A stretch of 64,000 nucleotides of DNA from Schmidtea nova (lineage: Eukaryota): assembly GCA_044892505.1 (NCBI GenBank), contig CM097882.1:513236001-513300000 (forward strand), written 5' to 3'. The notes under the pieces were generated by a model. It ran no database searches. It was not told the origin of the DNA and saw only the letters and a program-made list of their open reading frames with translations. Of the stretch, positions 1-13,652 are shown piece after piece; positions within the stretch are counted from its first letter, which is position 1, and each line of letters begins with the position of its first letter. Made by a program: the position numbers and the translations under genes.

Positions 1-5
1 AAAGT

Positions 6-977
6 ATGGATATTTCGTTTGCCAAATTAGGCCATGAAGAGTGTGAAGTTTGTGAAAGTTTCAACATTCATTCTAATAACCACACCAAAGATAATTTGGA
101 TTTAAGTTGTGAAATGTGTACAAAGTGGAAAACTCACATCAAGAGGGCTGATGACAGTAGGCAGGCATATAGAGCTGACCGTACTACACCAACGACTGAT
201 GACTCAAAACATGTATTTTTTTCGGCTGACTTACAAAAGGTCATTATGCTGCCACGCATGGAATCATTTAAAACTGTACTTTTCACTCGGCGTATAATTG
301 CGTTCAATGAAAGTTTTGTTCCACTCGGTGACAAACCAGTTGCTAAGTCAGTTGCTGTGTTGTGGCACGAGGCTGTCGCAGGCCGTAAAAAGGAAGATCT
401 AGTAAGTGCGTTTCATGCATTCTTTTTGACGCAGCGAGATGCTGAAGAAATTACATTGTGGTTGGACAACTGTGCCAGCCAGAACAAAAACTGGACTTTA
501 TTCTCTTACCTTGTCTATCTTGTTAACAGTGCGGAAATTTCTGCTCACAGAATTGAGCTAAAATTTTTTGAACCAGGCCACACGTTTATGAGCGCCGATA
601 ACTTTCATCACCAGGTTGAGCAGAGCATGAAAAAGGCTGGAAAAGTGTATGATTTTAACGACTTTGTCTGTTGCGTTCAGGACGCAAATAGTAAAACTTC
701 TGTGAAGGAAATGCAAATTTCTAATTTCTTTGACTGGCCAGATGCATCATCTACTTATAAAATTAACCGTACCACTCCGAGACCTTACCTGAGTGATATG
801 GTAATGGTGACTGCAACTCGCGGCAGCAGGAGTCTTGCCTATAAAACGGCATTGTACATTGTTGCATTTTTACTTCATGTAATATTTTATGAGAACGGTA
901 TGTCAGTATTGTACTTTAGGCAAAGTTATGTAGCAATCGTCAGGACTCTTGATTTGAAGTCAGTCATTCTTGGGTAA
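6..977 (+). mobile_element. Sola-like DDE transposase ORF (element truncated by window start; homology seems to end near 850)
   Basis: Motifs FSADLQKVIMLP, WHEAVAGRKKEDLVSA, WLDNCASQNKN and FFEPGHTFMSADNFH are typical of Sola-type transposases; N-terminal CxxC/H cluster. Confidence 0.7.
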
Positions 978-1449
978 TAATACTTGGGTATTTTTTCGTT
1001 AACAGTATTATTCCGTGCAATCATTACTTAGTTATAAATAGTCATCAGCGCCAATTATTGCAGACCTTGCAGGAACTTTCTTACCTGTTTCTTAAGCTTT
1101 TATGCTTTTGTTTGATAATGTTTTGAAACTATACAAGCAGTATTTCTGTGTATTCTGTATTTCTGTTTTGTTATTAAATGAGTTTTAGTGTAAATGTGTG
1201 ATTCATTGTCAGTTACTGCTTTATTGCTAAGTAAATCCATAGCCAGTATGCTATACCATTATTAGCTAATAGACCGTATCTGTAATATTAACCAATTAAG
1301 CCAATTAAGTCAGAATTTGCTAACTGCATTTTAAACTGCATCACTAGGCCTAGATGCAAACAAATATAAATGGATGATTGGTTTAGGTTAACTGGTTGGC
1401 AGAATTGAAAACACGTTTTGTTATTTATCTCCTAAGTGTATTTTTGCAG

Positions 1450-2024
1450 TTACGGTCTATTTGATAAGGAGGGCAGAATAAAGGTCGAATTCAACCAGCG
1501 GTTTGGCTTTTTGGGGGAAAGGAAAGGGGCACAAATAAATGGTTTGGAGTTGTTGTAAAAAAAGAAATAGAAGAACCCTTACGAGATTAATAACGCGCTT
1601 TATTAAACCTGGAACTGTTATAGTCAGTGATCAATGGTCTGGATACTGGGGACCGAGATTCAATCTGGCGCATTTGCCCGATCAAAATTATATTCATCTT
1701 TCAATTAATCATAATTTATATTATGTAGATCCTGTGACCGGAGTAAATACAAATCTTATTGAAGGACATTGGGGAAATTTAAAAACGGACTTGAGAAAAA
1801 AACGAGGGCTGTCATTTAGCAACAAGATGAATTACATAGCCTTTAGAATGTGGCTTTCAAGGGAAAATTTGGCGGATGGAAATATTTTCGATATTTTTTT
1901 GAATTTGGTTTCGAATTAAAATATTTAAATGGTTATTATTTTATTATTAATTAAATATTTATTTTAAATCAATTAAATATTTATTTTAAATTAATTAAAA
2001 TAATCCGGATTCCTGACCGTCGCC
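1450..2024 (+). mobile_element. Merlin/ISXO2 (IS1595-like) transposon 3' fragment
   Basis: VWLFGGKERG (frameshifted, about 1500-1540), IKPGTVIVSDQWSGY, INHNLYYVDPVTGVNTNLIEGHW; candidate right terminus ...ccggattcctgaccgtcgcc ending 2024. Confidence 0.8.
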
Positions 2025-2083
2025 TAATAATATTAATAATACTATTCATAATAATATTCATAATAATTTTAATAATAATAATA

Positions 2084-2231
2084 ATTCGGCATTGCCGATA
2101 ATCGTTCTTTTTAAAATCGGCAAAATTTGCCTAAATTAGTATAATCGGCACTGCCGATAATTATTGCTACCAGTAATCGGCAGTAATTGCCAGAAACAAC
2201 AACCACGCTATCAATGGGCATTTCCGATAAT
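2084..2231. repeat. Array of five short palindromic motifs AATCGGCA-n-TGCC(GAT)
   Basis: Copies at about 2084, 2115, 2143, 2175 and 2213. Confidence 0.7.
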
Positions 2232-2793
2232 AGATTCAATTTAACTCTAATCAAAAATTTCCCTTTGTTGGCAATTGCATACAAACTAAACTTAGAGCTT
2301 GCCAGTTGGAAAGAGATGCTGGCCAATCACGTCGCACCTACTTGTGATTGGTCAACACTCTTTCAAATATAATATATTTTATAATAATATTATTTTTTGG
2401 TTAACACATTTGTTTTTGTTGTTTTAACCCAAATATTTTAATTATTTAATTTAGATACAAGATTTTTGCATTTATTTCTTTTTATTTTTGTGATTTTAAT
2501 ATCAACCCGAACACAATTTAGGAAATACAGAGACAAAATTGAAATATATGTCTCCTAAATTGGATCAATGAGGTAATTTTGAAAACATTTTTTATAACTA
2601 ATTAGAAAAATTCTAGTTTATTTTTTTAATATTATCTGATTATGAACAGCTTAAGAATGTTCATTACTTTTTTCCTCATTTTATTTTTAACAGATTAACA
2701 CTTAATAGCAGTTTTCCAAAACTTGTTTCTATCTCCAACTAATTTTTACGAAAAAACTACAAAATGAATATTGTTAAGTTGTTTTATTTTAAT

Positions 2794-3420
2794 TGTTCGG
2801 TAGGAACCTTTTCTCTGACTCCACGTGTTCTTTACGGTAATCAATAAATTAACTCAACACAGAAATAAACTTTATTGAAAATAAATCTCCACAACAATTT
2901 ACAATTTATTTTGGATCGCGATTGGAAGCAGCCTCAGATATCACTAAATTTTTCCCTTTTACAAATAAAACCTTTTATCCCTTCACGAATCTGTTTGATT
3001 CTCTTTTTCTTTGTTCCCAATTCTAAATTCTTTCTCTAGTCCCTTTCTCTAAATTTTAATAATAATTTTCAACAAATTGTGGTCAAAGTTGTTGATTTGG
3101 GATTCCCTTATATAGGAAATCGTTCCTCAGCAACTAATTTGATTTACTAAAAGTTTTGATTGGACTCCCGTGGAACCCGTGTTTTATCCTTTGGCCACGT
3201 CGGCCGTTCCTCGGGAGAAATTTTAAACGCAAATTTCATTAGGGAATACTTGGTTCCCTTTATAATTAAATTTGCTGAAATTGGAGAATTTCTCCCTAAT
3301 TTAATTTGTTTTCGTTATTTTAATTAATTAATTTGTATTTTTTAATAACTTTTTTCTAGGGGCCCAAATTAATTTTATATTATTATTTTCGTAATCGTCT
3401 CGTCAATTGGCATCGGAACA
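2794..3420 (-). mobile_element. Ty3/gypsy 3' LTR (LTR-G), PPT at 3421-3437
   Basis: Minus strand reads GGGGGAAATGGGTA|TGTTCCG at 3420; U5-like end carries AATAAA and the ctgactcc motif shared with the LTR at 39412; left end may be 2772 or 2794. Confidence 0.6.
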
Positions 3421-4355
3421 TACCCATTTCCCCCGGGATAATATTGGTTTATGAGTTTAATTAATTATTTTATTTTCTGATTTTGTGCCATTTTATTATA
3501 GTTTTTGTGAAACCACAACGATATTATATCAGCGGTAGAATAATAAATCCGGACTGGAAATTCAACAATAAAACAATTGCGTCTAAAATAAAAATAAAGA
3601 CATTTAAGTCATAAAAATGATGGCCCAAAGAGGAGACTTGCAAATCTGTTCCAAACTCACCACATTTATAAATATTTTTGTCGATATAAAGGAAGTACGA
3701 TCAACCCTTCCATTAGAAAAATTTCCTGGCGAGATGTACTACAAATTTCCGGATTTTCATATTATAGGACAGTCGAGATAATCAAATAACATGTGAACAA
3801 TGACCCATTAGTGGTTTTTAATTATTTTATAGTTTATGATTGTACATTTGATTGTTTTTATGTTTAAATTCGGCATTGATCACCTTTCACACTAGCATAC
3901 ATTTAAATTATAGATTACTGCGGGGAGACGGTTTATAGTTCCAGACAAGGTTAATTATATGGAAAAGGTTCAGGATGGAAGAAGTGTATTATCAATTTAA
4001 ATGAGCATAAAATAACAGGAAAAGATGTCAAAGTATTGAAAAAACAAATTTTCCTCAATTAAACGTATGTTCAATAAATAACTAATATTTAACACTTCCT
4101 TTTACACACTAGAAAAATAAAATACAATAATTCCAAGATATTTGCAATAATTTTTATTTACACTTTATCACTGATAATTATCACTAGTAGATTTAGAAAA
4201 AGCGAACGGATTGAGAGACAGACGGAAACACAGGGAATTTTAGGAAATTTATAATTATAATTATACTATTTATTTTTAATAGTAGTATGATATTTACTAA
4301 TATTACATAAAATTAGATATGGGAGTGGCGGGTGGACAAAAATACAGACATTGAC

Positions 4356-4357
<2 letters not shown>

Positions 4358-4422
<65 letters not shown>
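4358..4422. repeat. (TA)n microsatellite
   Basis: About 32 TA units. Confidence 0.95.
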
Positions 4423-4424
<2 letters not shown>

Positions 4425-5089
4425 CACAATAATTAATGACTTATAATATATAGCAGGGGTGGTAATAACGTCGATCGCGTAATGATTTTTAGTCGATTTA
4501 GTGATAAGTAATAATAATAAGTAATAATCTATATTTTAAAAAAATAGATCGCGGAGAATTTGTATTGACAAAAATAGATATTATGTAAAAATTAGTTGAC
4601 ATTCCTGATATATAGTGAATGATTTATTAAAAAAAATAAATGTCATAAAATGACAAATAATGATTCAACCGAAATTATTCCAATGCAGGTATGAAAATAA
4701 GAACACTAATGAAAATAATTGCGAAATGATAGTGACAAAGTAAAAAGCATCAGATCTGCTCAATTATCAGAACAAACTGCTTGTAGTCGCTTCAGAAAAA
4801 TAGATATTTGCGATGAAAAATAATTGATACAAAGATACAATTCATAAAAATTTAAGCAAGAAATTGCTCTTTCGAGTACTATGGAAATAATGTCGATTCA
4901 GCTCAGAATGATCCCCTTATACTAAAAACAGAATTAACTGCTGTACTGGCTAGACATAATATTATAAATAAACAATCTGCTATATCAAAAAACCTTAAAA
5001 TTTGATTTAAGCAAAAAAAATTTAAGAAAATCGCAGAAACTGTTGTTGATTCTCAAATATACATATAAGAACATTAGCGTTCAAGTATT

Positions 5090-5450
5090 TAAATATAAAT
5101 TAATCTCGTCTATTTCACCTAGATGAGATTGGATTATTTCTAAGTACAATTCAAAGCCATGGATATTTTCCAGAGAATTGCCAGGTAATCTTTTTAGGAC
5201 GTGCTGGTGAAAGGAATGTCAGTGTCTTGGCCTTACTTTCACAATAAAGAATAGTGAATCAAACAATTATTTTTAATCCATATAACAAGGCTTCAGGAAT
5301 GTGTTGATATCAATTTGTATAAGAGAGAAAAGATTTTATTAATGGACAATGTACCCTTTCATAAATAACGCGAAAAAATGTGACTATATTTTTGGTCAAT
5401 GACAAAACAACGGATTACTTACCAACTTACTTATCAGATGCCTAACGACT
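5090..5450 (+). pseudogene. Highly degraded Tc1/IS630-like DDE transposase fragment
   Basis: LDEIGLF, ILLMDNVPFHK and YLP-like remnants in shifted frames. Confidence 0.45.
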
Positions 5451-5519
5451 TAAAATAAATTATGTTACACGTTTATAAACACACGATAATATTTAAATTA
5501 TTTTAACATAAAATAAGTA

Positions 5520-6913
5520 CAGGTTTGACCGGAAAGTTTCTGCAATTAGAAAAATTAATGCCATTCAAGATCTATGCATATCATATATTTCAAATTTTGT
5601 GGACACAAAGAAGGATAATTTTTGATGTTATAAACGAAATTTAGTTTAAAAAATCTAAGAATATCAATGTCATTTTAATGAAACTGTTTAATTTGTTTAT
5701 ATTGTCTTTTTCCGTTTATGCAGAATTTGGCTTTAAATTGAAAACATCATAGATTTTAATCGCGAAGACTTTAGAAAACTAATTTACTACTGCTGGAAAC
5801 GAGGCCTATCAACCAGAGACATCGAAAAAGAAATCAACAACACACTAGTGGAAGGAACAGTGAGTATTCGAACATGCTATGAATGGGTTGCCAAATTCAA
5901 GGCGGAAGATTTCGACGTAAAGGACAACGCACGAAGTGGACGACCTTCCTGTGACATAGATCACCAGATTGAAGCAATTTTTGATGAGAATCATCATGCC
6001 TCTGTTAGAGAAATTGCTTTTGAGTTACAAGTTGGAAGAGAGACAATGAGAAGTCATCTACTAAAGATGGGAAAGCGATATCTTTCAACAGTATGGATTC
6101 CACAGTTCTTAACGGACGCGCAAAAGGAAAAAAGAGTGGATGTGTGCAGAATACTTCTGGAAATGTATGAAAAAAACAATTTCCTGCATCGTGTGATCAC
6201 CATTGATGAAAGTTGGGTCTACTGGCATGGAAGTGTGAGCAAACACTATCTATCATGGCGAGGAGCTGGTGACGAACCACATACTGAGGTGAGAGGCAGT
6301 CTTACCAGCAAGAAACATTTGTTAACAATTTTTTGGGATTGCAAAGGGTCATTTTAATGGATGTTTTGCCTTGCGGTGCAACAATGAATGCCAACCATTA
6401 TTGCTCATTGCTTGACAATTTGAAGGATGCTTTGCTGGATAAAAGGCGCAGAAGAATGTTGGATGGATACCATTACCTTCAGCATGACAATGCTAAGCCA
6501 CATATCGCTCATCTAACTCAGGCGAAGCTGGTTGAACTTCATCTCAGCGTCGTACCACATCCACCCTACTCACCTGATCTAGCTCCATCAGACTTCTACC
6601 TCTTCTCCCCACTCAAATCAGCTCTACATGGCAAGACTTTCAACAGCGCACAAGATGTTCAAGTGCAGCTAGAGTCGTGGACAGAGAATAAAAATGAAAA
6701 TTTCTTGGTCGCTGGCATTAACAAGCTCCCTGCACGTTGGCAACGTTGCATCCAGTATGGTGGAAACTATTTTGAGTTCCTCGATGATATGGATGATTAA
6801 TTTGCTTCATAAAATTATTTGTCTTTGTTAAATATATATTCATTGATCAACGTGACTGTAGAAACTTGAATACATCAATTTTTCTAACTGCAGAAACTTT
6901 CCGGTCAAACCTA
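5520..6913 (+). mobile_element. Full-length mariner element (DD34D), 1394 bp
   Basis: About 41-bp TIRs caggtttgaccggaaagtttctgca...; TA target duplication at 5518-19 and 6914-15. Confidence 0.95.
5749..6800 (+). pseudogene. mariner transposase with likely ATG>ATA start loss and one frameshift near 6345
   Basis: WIPQFLT (WVPHEL-like), ITIDESWV, QHDNAKPH, PPYSPDLAPSD with 34 residues between the second and third D; frame is open upstream to ATA-GAT-TTT at 5749. Confidence 0.9.
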
Positions 6914-8454
6914 TATTTTGTTTTATTATATTTCAGTTTTTATATTATTATATTTAGTTTTAGATGATAAATTTAAAATTTATTAAATTACAAAATTTGA
7001 AAAAATTATATAAATTTATTTTATTTTACAATTATTTAGATATTTTCAAATGTTTTCGATACTTTAAAATTGACAATTATGACTGAGTTTGATGTCACTG
7101 CACAGCTTTGTTTCAATTACAAATAAAAACATTAGTAACATTAGTATTTTTTGTGATTTCATCCATTTTAAATGGTTATAAAGGCACAAGAAAATAAAAT
7201 CAATTAGTACAGTAAAAATTTACTACAGGGATTAAAAATATAAAAATCGATAAAAATTGAAATTAAGTTAGAAACTAAGTATATTAAAGGGTTATCAAGA
7301 TAACATTTGTCGCTAGAACTATTTAAATTTAGTTAGAATGATAATTATAATATAAGTAAACAAACAACCATAATCAAAAGTCATCCAACCATAACTGTCC
7401 AAACACACTAGGATTTTTCTATCGGTAAATGCTAAGGACTGAAAAAGTTCATAAAATATACGTCAAACAATAGAATGATCAGTTTCCGCATATGTTGAAC
7501 ATGCATTAGAAGTTTACTATCTGGATTAGTTCTATTTTTAGTAGAATAACCATGACGTACGAGGCTTAATTATTAAATAGTTTAAAATTTAAACTTTAAA
7601 TGATATCGTCCTTCGATGATACAGCTATTGGAATGTTAAATCTATGACAACTATTATTATGACACAATTTTAAAGGTTAGTTTATCTAATGAATAAACAA
7701 GAGAATTTTTTCTCGTTCAGTGTGTCAAAGAACAGGCACCTTGATTGAAATTATAAATTAAAAAAGAATTAAGGTGATCACTATTTTTTCCTTAATTTCG
7801 CTTTTGAGATGATTCAGATATAAAATGTTTAACATTATTCAAATTTGTCATTATTTCGTTGAGAAGTTGTGTAGTCAAGCTCCTATTGGGAAAGTAAAAT
7901 TATTTTTGAATTGAGATAAAATGCAAGCTTTGTTTTAGTAATAATTAATATTTTTATTTAATAAAATCATTAATTTGTGTATTATTACTTTGGGAGTTAA
8001 ATTGATTTCATTTTACAGCACTGAATTTATTTAGTTATTCAGTGTTTAAAACAGAAACATGTTGAGATTGACTTAATGTAGTCAGAATTTTTGGGATAAA
8101 TAAAATTTCAATATTGTTGGGTCTTAGTATTTGAATAGTGAATACGAATAGTAGAATTTGAATTTAATTCCTATAAAAATTTTAAATTAAGTATATTTAT
8201 TACATAAACATTTATAATTACCTCTTGATTTATAAAATTATGCTATATAATAGAAATATATTGACACCAACAGCATCTCCTTTAAAATTTGTTTTGGTAC
8301 TGTCAGAGTGCTTATATGTAATACTTAAAATAACAAAAATAACACCAACTAATAAATTTTATTAAATTTCAATATTACGTTAAGAAGGCTGCCATTGGAT
8401 TTTTGAACGTCCGATCAATCAACTCCCGGTATAGCAAAGTGTATATACACAATC

Positions 8455-8930
8455 ATCGATTGATTGGTTTGGATTGTAAGAAGTGTATTGGATTTGGATT
8501 CGTTGTGATATCTGTCATGTCAGGAAAAAGGGTGGAGTGCAACATGCACTGTGTAAGCGATATTGAAGGAATACTTTCCAGATACTGTTTATATACATTG
8601 TCATTCACACCGGCTAATTTAAGATATTTGCTTGGTTGTGACCGATATTTCTGATATTCGCATCTTCTCAAATGTTGTGAATGTCCTGGTTACATTTGTC
8701 CAAGTCACTAAAAGAAAACCTGTCTTGATGAAAGCTCAAAGAACCGCAAAAGCAGGACAATGACCAGTTTGATTGACAAGTCAAGACAAAACTAGCTGGT
8801 CTTCCTATGCAGCCGTTAAAGAGCAGATTTTTATGTTTGTATCAACGATTTTAAAGACACTGGAACACTTAACAAGCCAGGCTTATTACAAAATAGATGC
8901 AAATGTCTTACTCAATAGTTTAACAGTCCC
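8455..8930 (+). pseudogene. Degraded hAT transposase (ZMYM1-like/DUF4371 type)
   Basis: GLDCKKCIGFG..SVMSGK, YIHCHSHRL and DKTSWSSYAAV remnants. Confidence 0.7.
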
Positions 8931-8953
8931 AATTTGATAGTTAAAGAAGTAGT

Positions 8954-9378
8954 GTAAATGAATAATAAAATAATAATTTTATTGGAATAATTGCAATATT
9001 GCCACAAATAAGGAAAAATGAAGGCTAGATAGGGTTTATATGGCAGCAATTTATAATGTCTATCAACGTTAATAAATCCATAAATAAAGCTGAATAAATT
9101 ATAACTTAATTAAAGTTTATTGAATGAAATTACTAAACAATGTACTGTAAATACATTTTTATTGATAGTTTATTTGTAAAATAAAAGTATCAGTAGAAAA
9201 AAATTTTTGGCCAATTTACACATTTTTACCTTTCGTATATAATTTTACACTCTCCTAACTCTGTTTCCATCATAATTCTTTTTGCTACCAATTATGTGCT
9301 TAATCACATTTTTATCTATTTGTTTCGTTCGATTTCCATTTTATTTTCATTAAAATAATTTAAATTTAACGACCCCAA
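8954..9378 (-). mobile_element. Short gypsy-type 3' LTR with PPT at 9379-9392
   Basis: Minus strand reads TAGGGGGGAATG|TGTTGGGG; left end is inferred from tgt plus an AATAAA pattern. Confidence 0.5.
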
Positions 9379-10449
9379 CACATTCCCCCCCTAAAAAATT
9401 TTCGTTCTCGAAATATGCTTTTATATCTTCACACATACACATATATTCATATACCTAGATGTATTCGAAAATTTAATTTTAATTTTATTAAGTTTTATTA
9501 ACAACTCTAATTAATTTATTATTAATATTTTGGCGTTTATATCTACATATACACATTTTTAAAATTAAATTCAAAACAAAAATTAATTATTAATAAATTT
9601 GTGATAAATTAATTCTGGTATTAATTAGTTCTCTTAAATATTATATTAAAACTATAAGAATATTAATTTCAGAAATATTGAAATATATTTATTTTCACCT
9701 GAACTTTCCTAAGCATTGTTATGATATTAAAATAATTTATTTTTATAAATTTTAATTTCTTTTCAATATATTAATTAATACTTTTATAATTTATAAAAAA
9801 TCTTGTTCCTCATTGAAATCATTAATCATTATGGTCAATAACTATTATGAATCGGTTATCACCCGAATAATTAATTACTTTTTTTCCAGGAGACTGTTAT
9901 CTGGAACGAAATCAATGTCTTTAAATTTCGGTTATCAACCGAATAATTAATTATTTATTACTACTCTACTATAAGAGCCAGTAGATTTTCTCGGCGATAA
10001 TTTCTTGATCGTAAATAGGCAGGTAAGAAATAGTTATTGTTTCTATTATTAGTTCTTTTATTATTTTAGAAACAATCTCAGAACTTTGACCGACCACGAC
10101 CTCAACAAATTTAATATTAAATTATTGTATATCCAGATAATAATAAATTTACAAATACATTTAAGTTTTAAGAGTTTATGATTTTTTAGAAAAATTAAAA
10201 ATTTTTTATAATTTCCAAATTTTATCTTCGTTTTCTTCAGATGACAAATTGTTATTAAATTAAATTAAAAGTAAACAGAAATTTTCGGCACTTCCTTTTT
10301 CGTGTGCTAATCAACCAATCTTAATTTCTTTATTTAAATAGCAATGTATTTCTAAAAATTAAAGATTTTAATACTATTGAAAAACTATCAATACATTCTT
10401 TAATTTTATCATTTATTCAAATTGAAATAAATTTTCAAATTGTTAGTTA

Positions 10450-12810
10450 TTGTTCAATTAATTACCATTCTCTTTACATGGATAAACACAGACATTCGGA
10501 TCCAGTCTTGCTCGTTGATTGGTTTTTATAGCCACTGATTTTATAAATCCTGTCTCATACAAATACGTAGAAACAAATGTGAGCAATGTGAGTATAGCCT
10601 TTTCCTATATTTGTGTATATTCGTTTTGAAGAGACATCCAAAATTTGGCACATGATGAAGTATTGAAACGAACACGTAGTGTTTCATCGGTTGATATGAC
10701 GAAAAGTTGTTCTTTTTCATCAATATTAAGTTCTGAACTTGCAGAAATTGAAAAAGAAAATGGGTCTCGAACAAGCCCAGCTCTTTTTATTGAAAATCTC
10801 AAATCGTTTAGAAAAGTTTTCCATTGGCCTTGTGAGATGACAAATAATCATACTCTTGGTTTCTTGAAATTAAATATTATTATTACTAATAAATTCAGAA
10901 AAACACGGTAGCACGGTATTATTAATTTCAATTTCGCTTTTCCAAAAATTAAGTTTCTTTTTTTATATAATTCTCTTCCTCGAAGCTCAAATTCAAATCA
11001 TTAAGTTTTTCGAATATATCAACAAGATAACTCAGTTTTTGAAGCCATTTTTCGTTTACAAAGAATTCAGAAAGAACGGGGTTTTATCAGATAAAAACAA
11101 CAAAACTTCATCTTTAAGATCAAAGAGGCGTCGTTACACTTTACCACGAGACAACCATCTTACTTCTGTATGTAAAAGAGGCGTTTCATAAGTAGAACCC
11201 ATTTCATTGAAAAGTATAGTAAAGAGTCTACAATTTAAGCTTCTATTTTTTTATAAAATTGATCACGCTAACTGCATTATCTAAGACTGAATAAAAATCT
11301 TCCTGCATTTATTTCGCTACTAATGCCTCCCAATGTATCATACAATGATTAAATATATATTTGGTGCAATTTTCTTTATTATGCCTTTCAACCCTTTTTT
11401 GTCTCCAGTTAATGCAGCTGCTCCATCATTACAAATTGAGACATAATTGGACCATGATAGTTTATTTTCTTTAAAAAAAGTTATTAAGAATCTCAAAAGT
11501 TTTCTCATCAGTTGTTCTTTCCACCAGAGCCTTGCAAAATAGGAATTCCACAGAAATATCTCCTTCATAGCAGTATCTTACGTATGCAATAACTTGAACA
11601 AGATTTGAAATATCTGTTGATTCATCTAATTGTATTGCAAAATATTTACTATTATACAAACGGTCCAACAAATTTAATTTTATATTCTCCACGACAGTTG
11701 TTATACGTCGCGAAACTGTGTCTCTCGATATAGGAATACTTTTTATATCATTAGTGTATTTTTCTACATGCATAATTGACACCATTTTTATAGCAGCAGG
11801 GAGAATAAGAGATTATCCAGTGATGTATGGCTTCATGTATTTTCGTATCAAATATGAAACTTCCAACGATGCTTTTAAAACTTTTTGTGGCACTGTTGTA
11901 TGTTTTACCATAAAAGTTTTCTGGCTTTGCATATTACTGGCACATCTTTTAAAAAAAAAGATTTATTATTATCAATTAACTCGGGATGTTTCGTTTCTAA
12001 ATGCCTCTTCAATTTAGCAGGCTTCATACTTTCGGTAGCTAATTTTTCCAAACATGTAACGCATAATGGAAGTTGTTCATCATTGATAACGGTGTAAGAA
12101 AACCGTTATTTAATATATACTTCTTGATATTTCATATATTTTTTTCGTTCCTTTTACATTAGAAGATGTTGGCTCTTCACTAAATCTTTGTGACTTAGTT
12201 GCACTTGAAGTAGCAGTGTTTATACTTTCATACGATATTTTTCCCACTTAACTAGTTTTTTGCAGTTCCACAAACAACATAGTTATCATTTTGTAGGTTT
12301 CTGAATGACTACGTCTAATTACCCATTTATTCATAGTTAACGGTGTCTTTTTTTTATCAAAATATGAAAATAATGCATACTAACGTGTAAATTATAAAAT
12401 CTCTGAAAAAGAATACTAGTAAAACGACTGAACACCACTTAAAACACAAACAATGAGTTCTGAATGTTATCAATTAAAAATGAAATCAAACACAGAGTAC
12501 TAGAAACAAAAATTCAAATTCAATTATGGCGCGAAAATTCTCATCTGAAACAAAAAAAATATTTGTACACTCATTCTATCGTTTGTTTTTTGTAAGAATT
12601 AAATCACAAAAAATAAATTATTATATTATTTAATAATATTTGTATTGATGTATATATTTTGCAAATTTTTAAAGTTGAAAAACCTATATATAAAAAAGTA
12701 TGCAGTTATACAAAATTTTAAAAATATTTTTATTAGATTTGTCAAAATGATAAAACCAAAATTTTCCACCCCTCTGAAGTTGTTCGCAACCCACACTTTG
12801 TATATGACTG
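10450..12810 (-). mobile_element. Degraded Buster/ZBED5-type hAT transposon
   Basis: BED finger (CVTCLEKLATESMKPAKLKRHLETKH), FAIQLDESTD, ICNDGAAALTG, LSYLVDIFEKLNDLN and STYLYETGF; 5' TIR-like cagtcatatacaaagtgtgggttgcga at 12782-12810. Confidence 0.85.
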
Positions 12811-13652
12811 ATATGATGACTATCACACTGATAAATGACTATCATTATTAACTGTTGATAAAATAATTAATATACAATTTTATAATTACAGTAAAACCTC
12901 AATTTATCAACATATATATTGAACACCAAAATTTTAAAAATATCGGAGAAAATGTGTTCCATCTAATTGAGACAAAGTTAGAAATTATTAAAAAGAATCA
13001 TGCTGAGCGTGCTTAATTGATAATTTTAAATGAACTTTCTTGTATTTTACGATGATGTGTATAAGAAATTAGATTAATTACTGATAATATTAGTAATGTC
13101 GTGCATTAGTAAGAATTTTAAAGCTACAATGCATTCTTTTTTAAACAGAGGAGTGAAGGGCACCGTTTACTGTTGCATACAAAGACTAGGCAGCTATCGC
13201 CAAGTGAGAATATTTTAACTGTTCTCAAATTAGAAAAACCGAATGAATTATATTTATTATTATAATTATTATTCAAGCAAAAGAGAATTGCTCTCTTTGT
13301 CACGTAAATTGCAATATTGGAATAAAGTGCAATTGACTATCTCACATTGAACCCTTTTTTAATATAATTCTAAGACACATTTAAAATTTTTGCATCTGAT
13401 ACGACAATTCAGTTTAAAAAAATGTTCAACTAAACTTATGAAGAATTCTTATATTATTTTTATATATTATTTTGATATTTCAAATGTTTTACCAATTCCT
13501 GACGAAGAAGAAGACGATATTCTTCCAATGGATCTTGATGGTAACAAATATATTTGCCAATTTTAAATTCATTATTTTTGATTTTCAGATATTTTACAGA
13601 TTTTTGAACAATCAAAATTATCCGAAATTTATTCACATACACACATCGATTA

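Noticed and set aside
2780-3575. tgttttatt/aataaaaca termini as a solo LTR or TIR element
   Set aside because: No TSD, low complexity, and the PPT junction places the LTR start at 3420.
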